DNA from: an uncultured Verrucomicrobiae bacterium
GTDB taxonomy: Bacteria; Verrucomicrobiota; Verrucomicrobiia; Limisphaerales; Palsa-1400
Length of the DNA stretch: 64,000 nucleotides
Assembly (NCBI GenBank): GCA_963707025.1
Contig: CAVPOM010000004.1
Coordinates: 224,001-288,000, forward strand
Reading direction: 5' to 3'
How positions within the stretch are numbered: position 1 is the first letter of the stretch; the number at the start of each line of letters is the position of its first letter. Positions 1 through 7,963 of this stretch are shown here, one piece after another. Made by a program: the position numbers and the translations under genes. The notes beneath the pieces are model-generated. The model made no database searches. It was not told the DNA's origin and worked only from the letters and a program-made list of their open reading frames with translations.

Positions 1-1
1 G

Positions 2-169
2 GCCATGTGCAAAGGCGCGGTGGCCATGGGCGCCGACGGGCTGTTGATCGAAGTGCATCCCAATCCCGCCGAGGCTTGGAGCGACGGGGCGCAGCAATTG
101 ACGCTGGAAGGGTTCGCCCGGTTGATGGAGGAGTTAAAGCCGTTTATCGCGGCGGCGGGCCGGGAATGA
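2..169 (+). CDS. aroF: 3' end of 3-deoxy-7-phosphoheptulonate (DAHP) synthase, class I-beta (partial at window edge)
   Basis: Frame from nt 2 reads [34 protein letters not shown]...GRE*. GADGLxIEVHPxP..A.SDG.Q is the typical DAHP/KDO8P synthase C-terminus. Not in the ORF track. Confidence 0.8.
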   Translation, partial: AMCKGAVAMGADGLLIEVHPNPAEAWSDGAQQLTLEGFARLMEELKPFIAAAGRE

Positions 170-250
170 GACGAGCAATTTTGAATGTTGAATTTTGAAT
201 TGGGAAAGGGGGATGTCAGAATGAATGTTTGCGGGGCACGCAATCAGCCC

Positions 251-279
251 TTGCTCAGCCTGGCAATTCCGGGTATAGT
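251..279 (+). promoter_or_regulatory. Putative sigma70 promoter of the TA operon
   Basis: TTGCTC-N17-TATAGT ending 10 nt before the ATG at 290 (near-leaderless). Confidence 0.5.
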
Positions 280-289
280 GGTCACAGGC

Positions 290-487
290 ATGAGCGCACA
301 GGAAATCATCGAGCAGATTAAATCGCTGCCTGCAGCGGAACGGGCCGCAGTGGCCAGATTTATTGCCGAACAGGATGATTGCTGGATTCCAGACGAATTC
401 AAGGAAGCGATGAAAGAGGCCGAAGCGGGGCGTTGCGTGGACATGGAAACCGCATTATTTCAGACGCCGCCGGCGCATCTGCAATGA
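290..487 (+). CDS. Putative antitoxin (addiction-module type, 65 aa)
   Basis: Small acidic protein MSAQEIIEQIKSLPAAERAAVARF. Its stop overlaps the toxin start (ATGA at 484-487). Confidence 0.7.
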   Translation: MSAQEIIEQIKSLPAAERAAVARFIAEQDDCWIPDEFKEAMKEAEAGRCVDMETALFQTPPAHLQ

Positions 488-759
488 AATATCGCTACCG
501 CGCGACCGAGAAATTTTGGACGAGCTTTTACCGAGTGGCCCCACCGCAGAAGGAATCCTGCCACAAAGCCTGGCAGATCTTCAAGGAAAATCCATTTGAC
601 TCGCGGTTGCGTTCACACCAGATCCACCGTCTTTCGGCCCGCTATGGCAGGACTATTTATTCGGCGACAATGGAAGACGATTTGCGGTTGCTCTTTTACG
701 CTGAGGGCGAAACCATCACGTCTTTGATCCTTGGAACGCACGATATATATGAGGGCTGA
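484..759 (+). CDS. RelE/YafQ-superfamily toxin (91 aa)
   Basis: MKYRYRATEKF...NPFDSRLRSHQI...DLRLLF...LGTHDIY fits the RelE-like pattern; coupled to the upstream small ORF. Confidence 0.75.
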   Translation: MKYRYRATEKFWTSFYRVAPPQKESCHKAWQIFKENPFDSRLRSHQIHRLSARYGRTIYSATMEDDLRLLFYAEGETITSLILGTHDIYEG

Positions 760-873
760 AGATGAAGAGGCCCCTTCACAACGCGATGGAACGCATCAAG
801 AGCAGGCTTCAGGGCCGGAGCAAGACTCAATGTGGGGGTTGGAATATACGGGGCAGTGCGGTTTTGGCGTCAA

Positions 874-2592
874 TTATAACGACTTCCGCCAGTCCAGAAC
901 GCGCAATTGCACGGAGCAGCGGCCCTGGTAAACGTTGATGGCCGGGGTGAAGGCGAGGTCAAACCGTCCTTGCGGCATGGGGGCCTGGCCCGCGCTCCAC
1001 CAGACCGCTTCCAAGGCGGCCCGGCCGTCGGTGAAACGCCATTTGACATGCTGGTTTTCCTTGCCCATTCGTTGCGGGGCCTGGCGCATGCTTAAGCCGC
1101 GCATCAGCCATTGCACCGGCGGGTTGCCCTGGCCGGTGGGGGCCAGAGCGGCCAGTTGCTCCATCAGGTCCAAGGTCATGTCCGGGCCGGCCACTTCCCC
1201 GTCCAACTTCAGGCAAGGCTCCAGTTGTTCGGGCTGCAACGCCTGCCGCGCCAGTTCATTCAAGCGGGCCCGGAACAGGTCCACTTGCTCGGGCCGGGCG
1301 GTGACTCCGGCGGCCATGCCGTGGCCGCCGTGGCGCAGCAGCAGGCTGTCGCAACTTTGCAACGCCGCCGCCAGATCAAATCCTGCAATGCTTCGGCCCG
1401 ACCCGCGCCAGAGCGCGCCGTCGCCGCCCAAGAGGATGGTGGGGCGATAAAACCGTTTCACCACCCGCGAGGCCACGATGCCCACCACCCCGATATGCCA
1501 GGAGTCGCGCCCTTCGACGATGACAAAATCCTTTTCCTGGTTGAAACGGGCCTGGACGGCGGCAATGACTTCCTCCGCCATGGCGCGTTCGATTTGCTGG
1601 CGCTGGCGGTTGCGCTCGTCCAGGCTTTGGGCGAGCGGATCGGCCGCGGCGGCGTCGCCGGCCAGGAGGAGGCGCAGGGCCTCTTCGGCGTCTTGCAGGC
1701 GTCCGGCGGCGTTGAGGCGCGGAGCGAGTTGAAAACCCACCTCATAGCTGCCGATGGGCAAAGGACACTGCGCCACCGTTTTCAGCGCCATCAGGCCGGG
1801 ACGGCGGGTCACGCTGAGTTGTTCCAGCCCCGCGCGGGCCAGGATGCGATTTTCACCCGTCAACGGAACCAGGTCGGCAATGGTGCCCAGCGCGACCAAA
1901 TCCAGGTGCTGGCGCAGATCATAATTGACAGCGGCCGGCTCGCCGCTTTGGCGGAGCTGTTTGACCAGGGCGTGGGCCAGTTTAAAGGCCAGCCCCGCCG
2001 AGCAGTACTCCGCCGCCGCGCCGGGCGGACCGGCCAGGCGCGGATTGACCAGCGCCACGGCCGGGGGCGGCGGCACGGAAACTTGGTGGTGATCGAGCAC
2101 GATGACCCCGGTTCCCTGTTGAGCGAGCCAGGCGATGGTGCCGGCGGCGGTCGAGCCGCAATCCACCGCCAGCAGCCATGGGGCGGGATGTTTTTGCAGG
2201 CAATGCTCCGCCGCCTCCCGGCTCAAGCCGTAGCCTTCGTCCATGCGATGCGGCAAATAATAATTGACGTTCCAGCCCAGCGCGCCGAGCGTTTGCAGAA
2301 GCAGGGCGGTGGAGGTGACGCCATCCACGTCGTAATCGCCAAAAATAACGACCGCTTCCCCGCGCTGGCGGGCCAGCAGGAGACCTTGCACCGCCGCCGC
2401 CATATTGGGCAGGAGCAGCGGGTCCGCCAAATCCTTCAGGCGCGGGCGCAAAAAGCGGGCGGCTTGGTCCGGCCCGACGAGGCCGCGGTTGACCAGGCAT
2501 TGCGCCAGCAGGGGAGAGACCCCCAGGGCGGCGGCGAGGGCAGCGGCGACACCGGTGGACGGCGCCTCGGGCAATGACCAGCGATATTTCAT
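874..2592 (-). CDS. recJ: Single-stranded-DNA-specific exonuclease RecJ
   Basis: GDYDVDG, DCG, DHH, GTIADLVPL, PRLNAAGR, GSGRS and GGH motifs. Confidence 0.97.
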   Translation of the reverse strand: MKYRWSLPEAPSTGVAAALAAALGVSPLLAQCLVNRGLVGPDQAARFLRPRLKDLADPLLLPNMAAAVQGLLLARQRGEAVVIFGDYDVDGVTSTALLLQTLGALGWNVNYYLPHRMDEGYGLSREAAEHCLQKHPAPWLLAVDCGSTAAGTIAWLAQQGTGVIVLDHHQVSVPPPPAVALVNPRLAGPPGAAAEYCSAGLAFKLAHALVKQLRQSGEPAAVNYDLRQHLDLVALGTIADLVPLTGENRILARAGLEQLSVTRRPGLMALKTVAQCPLPIGSYEVGFQLAPRLNAAGRLQDAEEALRLLLAGDAAAADPLAQSLDERNRQRQQIERAMAEEVIAAVQARFNQEKDFVIVEGRDSWHIGVVGIVASRVVKRFYRPTILLGGDGALWRGSGRSIAGFDLAAALQSCDSLLLRHGGHGMAAGVTARPEQVDLFRARLNELARQALQPEQLEPCLKLDGEVAGPDMTLDLMEQLAALAPTGQGNPPVQWLMRGLSMRQAPQRMGKENQHVKWRFTDGRAALEAVWWSAGQAPMPQGRFDLAFTPAINVYQGRCSVQLRVLDWRKSL

Positions 2593-2755
2593 TTTAGGGC
2601 CGGAACCAAAGCCGGCCGTTTGGTGGCAGTGACCTGATTTGATGGTTGCAGAGTCGGCGCGGTGCGCCGATTTCGAGGCACAGGCTCGAGCGTTTTCACA
2701 AATACTGCAGCCGCATCACGCCGCAGGGTCCCGGCAGGCCGGGATTGCCCGCCGC

Positions 2756-2781
2756 GGCGCGCACGGAGTGCGCGCCCTACC
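2756..2781 (-). repeat. GTAG-type REP-like palindrome
   Basis: Minus strand GGTAG-GGCGCGCACTCCGTGCGCGCC hairpin between secDF and recJ. Confidence 0.6.
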
Positions 2782-2817
2782 ATCCTCATTTAGGGCTGCA
2801 CAATTTCTTAAACCGCC

Positions 2818-5388
2818 TTAGACGCGGGCGCGCGCGGCGCCGGCGGCGGCGCCGGTGGCGGCGGAGGACTCCGCCACGGCCCGCGGGGCGGTGCTGGGGC
2901 GTTCGCCTTTGTGCCACCAAAGGACCAGGGCGCAGGCGATGTAGATGCTGGAATAGGTGCCGCTGATGATGCCGACCAAAAAGGTGAAGGCAAAATCCTT
3001 GATCGCCCCGCCGCCGAAGACAAAGAGCGACATGGTGGAAAGAAAGACCGTGCCGGAGGTAATGATGGTGCGGCTCAAGGTCTGGTTGACCGCCTTGTTG
3101 ATGATTTCGCGGAACGTGCCGCGCAATCCCAGTTTCAAATCCTCCCGGATGCGGTCGAAAATAACGACCTTGTCGTTGAGGGAGAAGCCGATGATGGTCA
3201 GAACGGCCGCGACCATGGGGGCGCTGAGCTGGCGGCCGGACATGAAAAAGATGCCGAGGGTGAGGAAGACGTCGTGGACGACGGCCACGACGGCGCCGAT
3301 GGAAAAGGAAAACTCGTAGCGAAAGGCCACGTAAAACAAGATGCCGAAGAGGGACAAAAACGAGGCGAACACCGCCGACCTGGTGATGTCCTCGCCGACC
3401 GAGGGGCCGACGGTGGTAATCCCGGCGACGGAGAAGCCGGCGGCGGGAAATTCTTTGGCCAGGGTATTGGTCACGGCGTCGGCCGTTTTAAACGGGGAGA
3501 CGATCTTCAAGGTTTCCGCCCCGACGCCTTTTTCGTACTGGATTTCCGGCTCGCTTCCCAGGGCGGCATGGAGGGCGGGGCGCAATTTGTCCGGTTCCAC
3601 CCGGTTGGTGAAACTGAAGGTCACGGCGTCGCCGCCGGCAAATTCAGGGCCCTCGACCTTTTTGCCAAGATGAAAGCCGTAACCCATTCCGGCCACGATC
3701 AGCGCGGCGGAGAGGAAATAAGCCAGCTTGTTCCATTTCATGAAATCCCATTCCGGGTTTTTGATGATGTGCAACATGCCCACTTTGTTGAGCCAGCCGC
3801 GGTTGAGGAGGAAATCAAAAATCAGGCGCGTGACCACCAGGGCGGTGAACAAGCTCAAGGCCACGCCGATGGTGAGAGTGACGCCGAATCCCTTGACCGG
3901 GCCGGTGCCCATGTAGATGAGGATGACGGCGGAAATGAGCGTGGTGGTGTGGGAGTCGAAAATGGTGGCGAAGGCGCGGCTGTAAGCGGCGGCGATGGCC
4001 CCGCGCATGGATTTGCCCAGCGACATTTCTTCGCGCAACCGTTCGTAAATCAGCACGTTGGCATCCACCGCCATGCCGACGGTCAGGACGATGCCGGCGA
4101 TGCCCGGCAGGGAGAGGGTGGTGCCGATGGAACACATGATGCCCAGGGTGATGACCAGATTGAGCAGCATGGCGAAATCGGCCAGCAGCCCGCAGCGATG
4201 ATAGTAAACCGCCATGAACACCACCACCGCCAGCGTGCCGATCACGGCGGACCAGATGCCCTTATGAATCGAATCTGCGCCGAGGGTGGGACTGACTTGG
4301 TTCATGGCGTCTATATGCACCGGCGTTTCCAGGGGGTTTTCCAGCATGTTCGCCGTGGAGATGGCTTCGGCAATGTCCATGGCGCCTCCGCTGATTCGGC
4401 AGCGGCCGCCGAGAATTGGCTCCTCGATGTGCGGCGCGGTTTGGATGACGCCGTCCAGCACGATGGCCATGTAGCCGTCATTATTGGCGGTGGTGAGCCT
4501 GCCGAATTTGGCGGCTCCCTCCTTGTCAAACTCGATATTCACCTCCGGAGCGCCGGAGGGGTCGCGGCTGGCACCGGCCTTCTTGATATATTTCCCGGTC
4601 AGACCTTCGCTGGGCTTTTTTTCCACCAGGTAGGGAACGAAGGTGACCTTGCCGGCGTCGTCCTTGTGCTTCATCCTCAAAATCTCGTAGCCCGGCGGAA
4701 TGACCAGAGGTTGTTGCAAGAGAATCTCGTGGTTCTGCGGATGAACCACGCGGAACTCCAGGAAGGCGGCTTTTTGAATTTTCGTCTTGGCTTCATCCTG
4801 AGCGGCCTGGGAAAGGCCGGGCAACTGGATGCTGATTTCATTTTCGCCCGCGGCGGTGATGAGCGGTTCGGCCACGCCCATCGAGTCCACGCGGCTGCGC
4901 AGGATGGTGATGGCCTGGGAAACCAGGCGCTTGCGTTCATCGGCGGCGTTGAGGGCGTTGTGGTTGGTGTCGTTGGCGGAAACATGGTTGGTGTCCAGGC
5001 TCACCCGGAATTCGGTGCCGCCCTGGAGATCCAGCCCGAGATGGATTTTGCCGGCGGCTTTGCGCTGCAGGATGTTGAGCAGGGTGTAGGTCGGGTTTTC
5101 CTGTCCCCGGACATCATTGTAGGGGAAGTATGGCTGGATGTCGTTGGTGCCGATGGCGGTCATCAGATCGGAGAATTCGCGCGTCGGGTCCGGCTTGGCG
5201 GCCTGCAAATCCCGGGCCTGCTTGACGATTTTCTCGAAGACCGGGTTCATGGCGCCGCGGTCGGCCTTGTCCTGGAATTCCTGGATCAAGCTTTGGTTGG
5301 TCAGCGGATACATTTCCCACAGGGAGCCGAGCACCATGAAGGCGATCAAGGCCCAGAAGAATTTGGGATGACGTGTGACAATGTTCAT
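2818..5388 (-). CDS. secDF: Fused protein translocase subunit SecDF
   Basis: LGLDLQGG, GMAVDANVLIYERLREE (SecD) and GFSLNDKVVIFDRIRE, TLSRTIITS (SecF). Confidence 0.97.
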   Translation of the reverse strand: MNIVTRHPKFFWALIAFMVLGSLWEMYPLTNQSLIQEFQDKADRGAMNPVFEKIVKQARDLQAAKPDPTREFSDLMTAIGTNDIQPYFPYNDVRGQENPTYTLLNILQRKAAGKIHLGLDLQGGTEFRVSLDTNHVSANDTNHNALNAADERKRLVSQAITILRSRVDSMGVAEPLITAAGENEISIQLPGLSQAAQDEAKTKIQKAAFLEFRVVHPQNHEILLQQPLVIPPGYEILRMKHKDDAGKVTFVPYLVEKKPSEGLTGKYIKKAGASRDPSGAPEVNIEFDKEGAAKFGRLTTANNDGYMAIVLDGVIQTAPHIEEPILGGRCRISGGAMDIAEAISTANMLENPLETPVHIDAMNQVSPTLGADSIHKGIWSAVIGTLAVVVFMAVYYHRCGLLADFAMLLNLVITLGIMCSIGTTLSLPGIAGIVLTVGMAVDANVLIYERLREEMSLGKSMRGAIAAAYSRAFATIFDSHTTTLISAVILIYMGTGPVKGFGVTLTIGVALSLFTALVVTRLIFDFLLNRGWLNKVGMLHIIKNPEWDFMKWNKLAYFLSAALIVAGMGYGFHLGKKVEGPEFAGGDAVTFSFTNRVEPDKLRPALHAALGSEPEIQYEKGVGAETLKIVSPFKTADAVTNTLAKEFPAAGFSVAGITTVGPSVGEDITRSAVFASFLSLFGILFYVAFRYEFSFSIGAVVAVVHDVFLTLGIFFMSGRQLSAPMVAAVLTIIGFSLNDKVVIFDRIREDLKLGLRGTFREIINKAVNQTLSRTIITSGTVFLSTMSLFVFGGGAIKDFAFTFLVGIISGTYSSIYIACALVLWWHKGERPSTAPRAVAESSAATGAAAGAARARV

Positions 5389-5403
5389 GAAGGTGGGGGG
5401 CGA

Positions 5404-5751
5404 TCAGGATGAGGACGATTCGCCGCTGCGCTCGGTGACCTCGGCCACGGCGGATTTAAGAATTTCAAGTTTGGTATCGTTGGAGCGGATGGAAATGGTT
5501 TTGTCTTTGAGGGACAAAACCACCGCGACAATGCCGCTGCTGGTCACGATTTTGTCGCCGGCGCGCAGGTTCTTGATCATGGCGGCCAGTTCCTTGGCCC
5601 GTTTTTGCTGGGGCCGGAATAAAAACAGCCACATCATCAGGACCATGCCGCCCATGAGCAGGACGGTTTGGAGCATCTGGGCGGTCGGATTTGGCGCCGG
5701 CTGGGTCGCGGCCGGGTCGGCCAGCAAGAATTTCAAACCACTTAAATTCAT
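5404..5751 (-). CDS. yajC: Preprotein translocase subunit YajC
   Basis: One TM followed by RPQQKR...LRAGDKIVTSSGI; directly upstream of secDF. Start may be the TTG at 5760. Confidence 0.93.
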   Translation of the reverse strand: MNLSGLKFLLADPAATQPAPNPTAQMLQTVLLMGGMVLMMWLFLFRPQQKRAKELAAMIKNLRAGDKIVTSSGIVAVVLSLKDKTISIRSNDTKLEILKSAVAEVTERSGESSSS

Positions 5752-5932
5752 ATATTCCAAAGTGAGCCGTTCAATCTAGGGCAGGGAACGCGTTTGGCAA
5801 GCACAACCTTCCCGAAAACGCCGCCCAATGCAATGCTGGAATGAGCGCCCCTGTCCGGGCGCATCTTGGCGCTGCTACTGGCGGCAGGCGCAAGAATGCC
5901 ACTGGAGTGCGCCCGTCCTCGGGGAATGGCGC

Positions 5933-6280
5933 TTAAATAAGACCTAAAACTTTCTTACCCAGCCTCTTACGACGCGGGGGATGCGGGATGGTTTCAAACA
6001 AGACCTGACGGCTCAAGCGTTGCATGGCTTTGATGGTGGCTTGCACCTCCCGCCACTCGGCAATGGCGTCATGGAGCCACTCATATTGTTCTTTGGAGAG
6101 AGCGACACTGACCGTTTTGCCTTTGACCTTGCGGGTCCACTGATAACAAGGGCCGCCTGCTCCGGGGCCGCGGTCTTGCACGTAGCCCTCGCTGATCCAG
6201 CCGGTTCTGGCCAGCCGGTCGCGTAATTGGGCGTATTGGGCCTGCCATTGGGCTGGCCGGGTTGTTTTGTGAGTCGGCAT
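5933..6280 (-). CDS. IS passenger protein, DUF6788-like (115 aa, basic)
   Basis: GPCYQWTRKVKGKTVSVALSKEQ resembles DUF6788-type proteins. Intact in both copies; stop lies inside the TIR. Confidence 0.75.
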   Translation of the reverse strand: MPTHKTTRPAQWQAQYAQLRDRLARTGWISEGYVQDRGPGAGGPCYQWTRKVKGKTVSVALSKEQYEWLHDAIAEWREVQATIKAMQRLSRQVLFETIPHPPRRKRLGKKVLGLI

Positions 6281-6305
6281 AAAGAAAAGAGTAGCAGACG
6301 TGTCA

Positions 6306-6331
6306 ATAAGGCGGTATATATACCGCCTTAT
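6306..6331. promoter_or_regulatory. Perfect 26-bp palindrome between the divergent IS genes, overlapping the transposase ATG
   Basis: ATAAGGCGGTATATATACCGCCTTAT; repeated at 47349-47374. Confidence 0.7.
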
Positions 6332-7817
6332 GCCCGACACCCCCTTCTTCCCGGCCTGGCGGCCCCGTCTGGCGGCGGCGGGCCGCCGCTGTGCCCACAG
6401 CCTGGCGCGCCTCCGTCACGCCACCTTGAGTCAGATCGAGGACCGCCTGGCTCCCGCCTTGCCCACCGACCTCCTGCGAAAACCGGCCGCCGGCGACTAC
6501 TCCCGCGAGCAGGTTTACACTCTGGTTCGCACCTGGTGGTGCTGGGTCTGGCCAGTCTTCCAAGCCAACACTTCCTGCCGCCACGTCGTCCTTCAGGTGC
6601 AGGCCCTGCTGGCCTTGGTCCAAGGCCCGGAACCGGAGCCGGACAGCAGCGCCTATTGCCAGGCCCGCGCCAAACTCCCCCTGGCCTTGCTGGAGCAAGC
6701 CTTCGCGGCCAGCGCCGACAGCGCCGAAAAGCGCGCCCCGGCCAGTACGCTGCTACAGGGCCGCCCGTTGAAAGCGGTCGATGGCAGCGGCACCCACCTG
6801 CCCGACACCCCGGCCAATCGGGCGGCCTTTCCCCCCAGCCAAAGCCTGCAGCCCGGCGGCGGCTTTCCCCACCTGCGCGTGGTGGCTCTGTTCTCCGCCG
6901 CCAGCGGCGCCCTTTTGGCCAAAGCCACCGGCAGCCTGCGCTCCTCCGAACTGGCTCTGTTTCTCCACGGCTTGCGCTCGGCTTTGCACCCCGGCGACAT
7001 CCTCTTGGGCGACCGCGCCTATGGGGTTTATATTATCGCCGCCGTCCTCCAACTCCTGGGCGTGGATTTGCTCGCGCGGGTCTCCGTGCGCAACCGCAAG
7101 GTGGATTTCCGCCAGGCCCGCCAACGCCTGGGTCACTGGGACGCGCTCTTTACCTGGTCCAAACCCGGCCGGCCTTCGCCCCTGCTTTCGTTCCTGGAAT
7201 GGCTCGGACTGCCGCCGCAGATCACGGTGCGGGTGCTGCGCGCGCGCCTGAGCCGGGCCGGCTTCCGCACCCGCCACCTGACCCTGGTCACGACCCTGTT
7301 GGATGCGGCGCTTTTTCCAGCGGAGGAACTGGCGGCCGCTTATGCCCGGCGCTGGCGCATGGAACTGTGCCTGGATGATCTCAAAACCACCCTGGGCATG
7401 CAGAGCCTGCATTGCCTCTGTCCCCGCATGGTGGAGAAAGAACTCCTGCTCTTCCTCACCGCCCATAATTTCCTGCGCTGGATCATGGCCGAAGCCGCGC
7501 AAAGCCAGAACGTGGACTTGGATCGGATCAGTTTCAAAGGCAGCCTGGACGCCTTCCGGCAATGGACGCAGGCACTGGCACAACTCGGACACGCCCGGAA
7601 CAAAGGGGGACGGCGCCGCCAATTATGGCAGCGGCTGCTCCGAAGGCTGGCGACCGATCTGGTGCCCAGGCGTCCGGGAAGAGCGGAGCCGCGCGCTGTC
7701 AAGAAACGATCCAAATACCCCCATTTGAACAAATCGCGGCATCAATACCGCCAGCCCTGGAGCCGCAATAAACGCCGCCGTCTGGCCCGGGCCAAAAGAA
7801 AGGCTTCCCTTATTTAA
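6330..7817 (+). CDS. IS4-family DDE transposase
   Basis: [26 protein letters not shown] motif [16 protein letters not shown]-terminal [11 protein letters not shown]. Confidence 0.95.
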   Translation: MPDTPFFPAWRPRLAAAGRRCAHSLARLRHATLSQIEDRLAPALPTDLLRKPAAGDYSREQVYTLVRTWWCWVWPVFQANTSCRHVVLQVQALLALVQGPEPEPDSSAYCQARAKLPLALLEQAFAASADSAEKRAPASTLLQGRPLKAVDGSGTHLPDTPANRAAFPPSQSLQPGGGFPHLRVVALFSAASGALLAKATGSLRSSELALFLHGLRSALHPGDILLGDRAYGVYIIAAVLQLLGVDLLARVSVRNRKVDFRQARQRLGHWDALFTWSKPGRPSPLLSFLEWLGLPPQITVRVLRARLSRAGFRTRHLTLVTTLLDAALFPAEELAAAYARRWRMELCLDDLKTTLGMQSLHCLCPRMVEKELLLFLTAHNFLRWIMAEAAQSQNVDLDRISFKGSLDAFRQWTQALAQLGHARNKGGRRRQLWQRLLRRLATDLVPRRPGRAEPRAVKKRSKYPHLNKSRHQYRQPWSRNKRRRLARAKRKASLI

Positions 7818-7963
7818 GCGCCATTCCCCGTCCTCGGGCGCAGCAGCGTGGGAAACACGGCGCGGCGGTGCTTTTCCTGAGCACCCAAACAATCCCTGGC
7901 TTGCTGCGGCCGGGGACGGGCGCACTCCGCCGGCAGCCGTGCCAAGATACGCCCGCCCTGTCC

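Larger units (their letters stand above)
5924..7826 (+). mobile_element. IS4-family insertion sequence, copy 1 (1903 bp), with passenger gene
   Basis: 18-bp perfect TIR GAATGGCGCTTAAATAAG / CTTATTTAAGCGCCATTC. 12-bp direct repeat CCCGTCCTCGGG at 5912-5923 and 7827-7838. Near-identical inverted copy at 45854-47756. Confidence 0.93.

Noticed and set aside
2911..5412. Long antisense ORFs (also 1111-2577, 7868-10144, 12653-15025, 25180-26787, 35447-37519, 39671-42721, 59213-60583)
   Set aside because: Shadow frames opposite well-supported genes, expected in high-GC DNA.
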